DNA of 38,244 bases, taken from NCBI RefSeq assembly GCF_004010195.1, contig NC_057718.1:90467079-90505322 (forward strand), given 5' to 3'. Below the pieces are notes generated by a model. The model made no database searches and had not been told where the DNA came from. It was given only the letters and a program-made list of their open reading frames with translations. The position numbers were made by a program, and so were the translations under genes. How positions within the stretch are numbered: the stretch's first letter is position 1; the number at the start of each line of letters is the position of its first letter. The stretch comes from Chiloscyllium plagiosum (Eukaryota). Positions 34,790 to 38,244 of this stretch are shown here, in pieces.

Positions 34790-36338
34790 GTGTGGGACTG
34801 CCATAGTGTTAAGGGTTTTGATGGAGAGGAATTTGTTAGGTGTGTACAAGAAAATGTTCTGATTCAGTACGTGGATGTATCTACTAGAGAAGGTGCAAAA
34901 CTTGACCTACTCTTGGAAAATAAGGCTGGGAAGGTGACTGAGGTGCCAGTAGGGAAGCACTTTGGGGTCAGCGACCATAATTCTATTAGTTCTAAAATAG
35001 TGATGGAAAAGGATAGATCTGTTCTAAATTGGAGGAAGGCTAATTTTGACGGCATTAAGCAAGAACTTTCAAAAGCTGATTGGTGGCAAATGTTTGCAGG
35101 TAAAGGGACGGCTGGAAAATGGGAAGCCTTCAGAAATGAGATAACAAGAGTTCAGAGACAGTATATTCCTGCTAGGGTGAAAGGGAAGGCTGGTAGGTGT
35201 AGGGAATGTTGGATGATGAGAGAAATTGAGGCTTTGGTTCAGAAAAAGGAAGAAGCATATGTAAGGTATAGACAGGATAGATCGAGTGAATCCTTAGAAG
35301 AGTATAAAGAAAGTAGGAATATACTGAAGAAGGAAATCAGGAGGGCAAAGCAGGGGACATGAGATAGCTTTGGCAAACAAGGTTAAGGAGAATCCAAAGG
35401 GATTTCATAAATATGTTAAGGACAAAAGGGTAACTAGGGAGAGAATAGGGCCTCTCAAAGAAGGGCTTATGCCCAAAACGTCAATTCTCCTGTTCCCTGG
35501 ATGCTGCCTGACCTGCTGCGCTTTTCCAGCAACACATTTTCACCTCTCAAAGATCAGCAAAGCAGCCTATGTGTGGAACCGCATTAGATGGGGGGATATA
35601 CTAAACAGGTATTTTGCATCAGTATTTACTGTGAAGAAGGACATGGAAGATATAGAATGTAGGGAAATAGATGGCGATCCAGTGACATCTTGAAAAATGT
35701 CTATATTACAGAGGAGGAGGTGCTGGATGTGTTGAAATGCATCACAATAGATACACCCTCAGGACCTGATCAGGTGTACCCGAGAACTCTGTGGGAAGCT
35801 AGGGAAGTGATTGCTGGGCGTCTTGCTGAGATATTTGTATCATGGATAGTCACAAGTGAGGTGCCGGAAGATTGGAGGTTGGCTAATGTGGTGCCACTAT
35901 TTAAGAAGGGCAGTAAGAAAGAGCCAGGGAACTATAGACAGGTGAGCCTGACATCGGTGGTGGGCAAGTTGTTAGAGCAAATCCTGAGGGACAGAATGTT
36001 CATTTATTTGAAAAGGCAAGGATTGATTAGGGATTGTCTACATGGCTTTGTGCATGGGAAATCATGTCTCACAACTTGATTGAGTTTTTTAAAGAAGTAA
36101 CAAAGAGGATTGATGAGGGCAGAGTAGTAGAGATGATCTATATGGACTTCAGTAAGGTGTTTGGCAAGGTTCCTCATGGGAGACTGGTTAGCAAGGTTAG
36201 ATCTCACGGATTACAGGGAGAACTAACCATTTGGATACAGAACTGGCTTGAAGGTAGAAGACAGAGGGTAGCTTTTCAGACTGGAGGCTAGTGGTGTGTA
36301 ACAAGGATCTGTGCTGTACATCGCTCTGACTCTATGAT
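34790..36338 (+). mobile_element. HER1/CR1 ORF2 (endonuclease end to RT) joined by a deletion to its 3' tail
   Basis: TREGAKLDLLL...SDHNSI; DWRLANVVPLFKKG...NYRQVSLTSVVGKLLE; YMDFSKVFGKVPH. Confidence 0.9.
35461..35542 (+). mobile_element. ~82 bp Penelope-like unit with 10-11 bp TSD inside CR1
   Basis: cctctcaaaga at 35451-35461 and 35543-35553. Confidence 0.85.
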
Positions 36339-36344
36339 GAACTC

Positions 36345-36780
36345 TCGGAAAGGATGTCAAGGTTCAAGTCCCTTCTGCACCTGGAAACAGAGCTTTGTGG
36401 TGCAAAGGTAGCATACGTACCTCTGGGGCAGGATGTTACAATTCAAGTCCCTCCTAGCCCTGGAGATAAAGTATTGTGGAAAAGTGTTAATGTGCCCATC
36501 TTTGGCACAGGAGATCAAGGCTGAGGGCCCACCTGCTCCTAGAGATAGCATCCTATGGTACAGTGGTAACGCACTGATCTACTTCTGACAGAAGGTCAAG
36601 GTTCAAGGTGCAGTGATAGTGACCCTAACTTGGGGACAGTAGGTCATGGTTCAAGTACTTCCTCGAGTCATACAGCATGGAAACAGATCCTTTGGTAAGT
36701 CATGGAGATGGGGGTTTTGTGATGTGGTGGTAATGTACCTACCTGTGGAACAGTAGGTTCAAGAACCTCCTGGAGTGTTA
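36345..36780 (+). repeat. Degenerate tandem array of ~79 bp tRNA-like (A box/B box) units
   Basis: B-box-like motifs at 36361, 36440, 36519, 36600, 36648 and 36756; A-box-like tggtgcaaagg at 36398 and tggtacagtgg at 36556. Confidence 0.65.
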
Positions 36781-36805
36781 GTGTTTGTTGTAAATCCTTT
36801 TTTTA

Positions 36806-37127
36806 AAGAATCCCTACAGTGTGGAAACAGGCCCTTCAGCCCGACAATTCCACACCGACCCTCCAAAGAGTATCCCACCAAACCCATTCCCCATTACTCA
36901 ACTTTTACCCCTAACCTACACATCCCTGCACACTATGGGGCAATTTAGCACGGCCAATCGACCTAACCTGCACATCTTTGGATTGTGGGAGGAAACTGGA
37001 GCACCCGGAGGAAACCCACGCAGGCACGGGAGAGTGTACAAACTCCACACGGTCAGTCACCTGAGGCTGGAATTGAACCCGGGTTCCTGGTGCTGTGAGG
37101 CAGCAGTGCTAACCACTGAGCCACCCC
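36806..37127 (-). mobile_element. HE1-type V-SINE
   Basis: Consensus match on the minus strand. Confidence 0.9.
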
Positions 37128-37175
37128 AAATGCAAGACCCTATCTCCAGGGCTATGAGGGACTTGGGTCTTGATA

Positions 37176-37286
37176 TCCTATCCTAGAGTTACAAACACTA
37201 CCATTCCAATGCAAGATCTTATCTCCAGGGCTGTGAGGGATAAGGTCTTGCATTGGAGAGGTAGTGTTTGCAGCTCTGGGACAGGA
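37176..37286. repeat. Inverted repeat: 48 bp arms with a 15 nt loop
   Basis: 37176-37223 vs the reverse complement of 37239-37286, about 7 differences. Confidence 0.85.
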
Positions 37287-37421
37287 GGTGAAGTTTCCAC
37301 AAGGCGGTTGCCAGGATGGGCTGATTGAGAGTAACCGGACCCTCCAAAAATGCCGTGGGGCCCCCTGCACAAGTGAGCTGGGTAACAAAACCTCTGCCTT
37401 CTCTGCTGCCCCAAAGCTTGC

Positions 37422-37712
37422 CTAGGTGTGTGTGTGTGTGTCTCTAGGTGTGTGTGTGTGTCTCTAGGTGTGTGCGTGTGTCTCTAGGTGTGTATATGTG
37501 TCTAGGTGTGTGTGTGTGTGTATATGTCTACGTGTGTGTATATGTACGTGTGTGTGTATATGTCTCTAGGTGTGTATGATTGTGTGTGTATATGTCTACG
37601 TGTGTGTATATGTCTCTAGGTGTGTATGATTGTGTGTGTATATGTCTACGTGTGTGTATATGTCTCTAGATGTGTGTGTGTCTCTAGGTGTGTATGATTG
37701 TGTGTTTGTGTG
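37422..37712. repeat. Compound TG micro/minisatellite
   Basis: Recurrent tctaggtgtgtg and tgtgtatatgtc units. Confidence 0.9.
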
Positions 37713-37799
37713 ACCCAGACTGTGCAGACACCCCCCCACCCCCCCCTCCCACACACACACACAGTGCCATGAAGGAGGGACTGTGAGGGTGATAATGTA

Positions 37800-38244
37800 G
37801 CCCTCCCTCCCAAGGGGAATGCCTTGTATTGGAGACGGGAACCCGAAGAGGGCGCAGCGGCTGCCCAGATGCTGCCTCTCCCCTCTCTCCCTCTCCCTGT
37901 CTCCCTCCCTCCCTCTCTGTGCGCGGCGCTGGGTTTAGTGCAGAGCTGGAGACTTGAGTTGAGTTTGCAGCGAGGCTCCAGTCTATCGCTGTCCCTCTGC
38001 CTCCGTCTCCTCTCTCTCTCTCTCTCCCCCTTGTTCATGGATCAGAAGAAGGCACTAGCAGCAGCAGCACCCAAAGCCTCCAACCTACCCCCCCATCTCC
38101 TCTCCTCTGGGCGTCTAATGGACTGAAAGGGGGGGGGAAACTAATCCCCCCCTCCTTCCCTTTCCCACCCCTCATCCCCCTCCCCATCCCTCTCCTCCTC
38201 CCCTCTTTCTATTCCCCCCCCCTTCTCTCTCTCTCTCGCTCTCT
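37800..38244 (+). promoter_or_regulatory. Possible promoter/5' UTR of a gene continuing beyond the window
   Basis: Transposon-free, GC-rich with local CpG retention, CT-rich tracts, an inverted CCAAT near 37828 and a short ATG ORF at 38037-38126. Confidence 0.4.

Noticed and set aside
34733..36291. Intact autonomous LINE ORF2
   Set aside because: It has stops, frameshifts, a PLE insertion and a deletion of the RT C-terminal half.
36345..36780. CRISPR-like array
   Set aside because: Eukaryotic context, whole units are degenerate homologues without unique spacers, and there are no cas genes.
37646..38038. 130 aa minus-strand ORF
   Set aside because: Low-complexity translation of CT and TG microsatellites.

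Overview
This is eukaryotic, repeat-dense DNA with no intact host protein-coding gene. The repeat families point to a cartilaginous fish, probably a shark (inference). Nearly all ORFs in the track are decayed transposon fragments. The window holds about 16 HE1-type V-SINEs, a second tRNA-derived SINE, many CR1/HER1 LINE pieces, RTE, Rex1/Babar and L2 relics, a Gypsy pol relic, and an endogenous retrovirus remnant (env TM, PPT and LTR). It also has about 14 short Penelope-like element (PLE) termini carrying minimal hammerhead ribozyme (HHR) motifs. Several are head-to-head inverted pairs with 10-15 bp target-site duplications (TSDs). The most striking structure is a spacer-less ~680 bp palindrome at 30752-31431. 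It is centred on two inverted ribozyme units, one with a U3-A8 core variant. Its right flank appears to have been replaced by an equal-length inverted copy of the left flank. Near the end, a degenerate ~79 bp tandem array of tRNA-like (Pol III box) units, a long hairpin and a TG minisatellite precede a possible promoter/5' UTR. Repeat boundaries were read by eye and are approximate.
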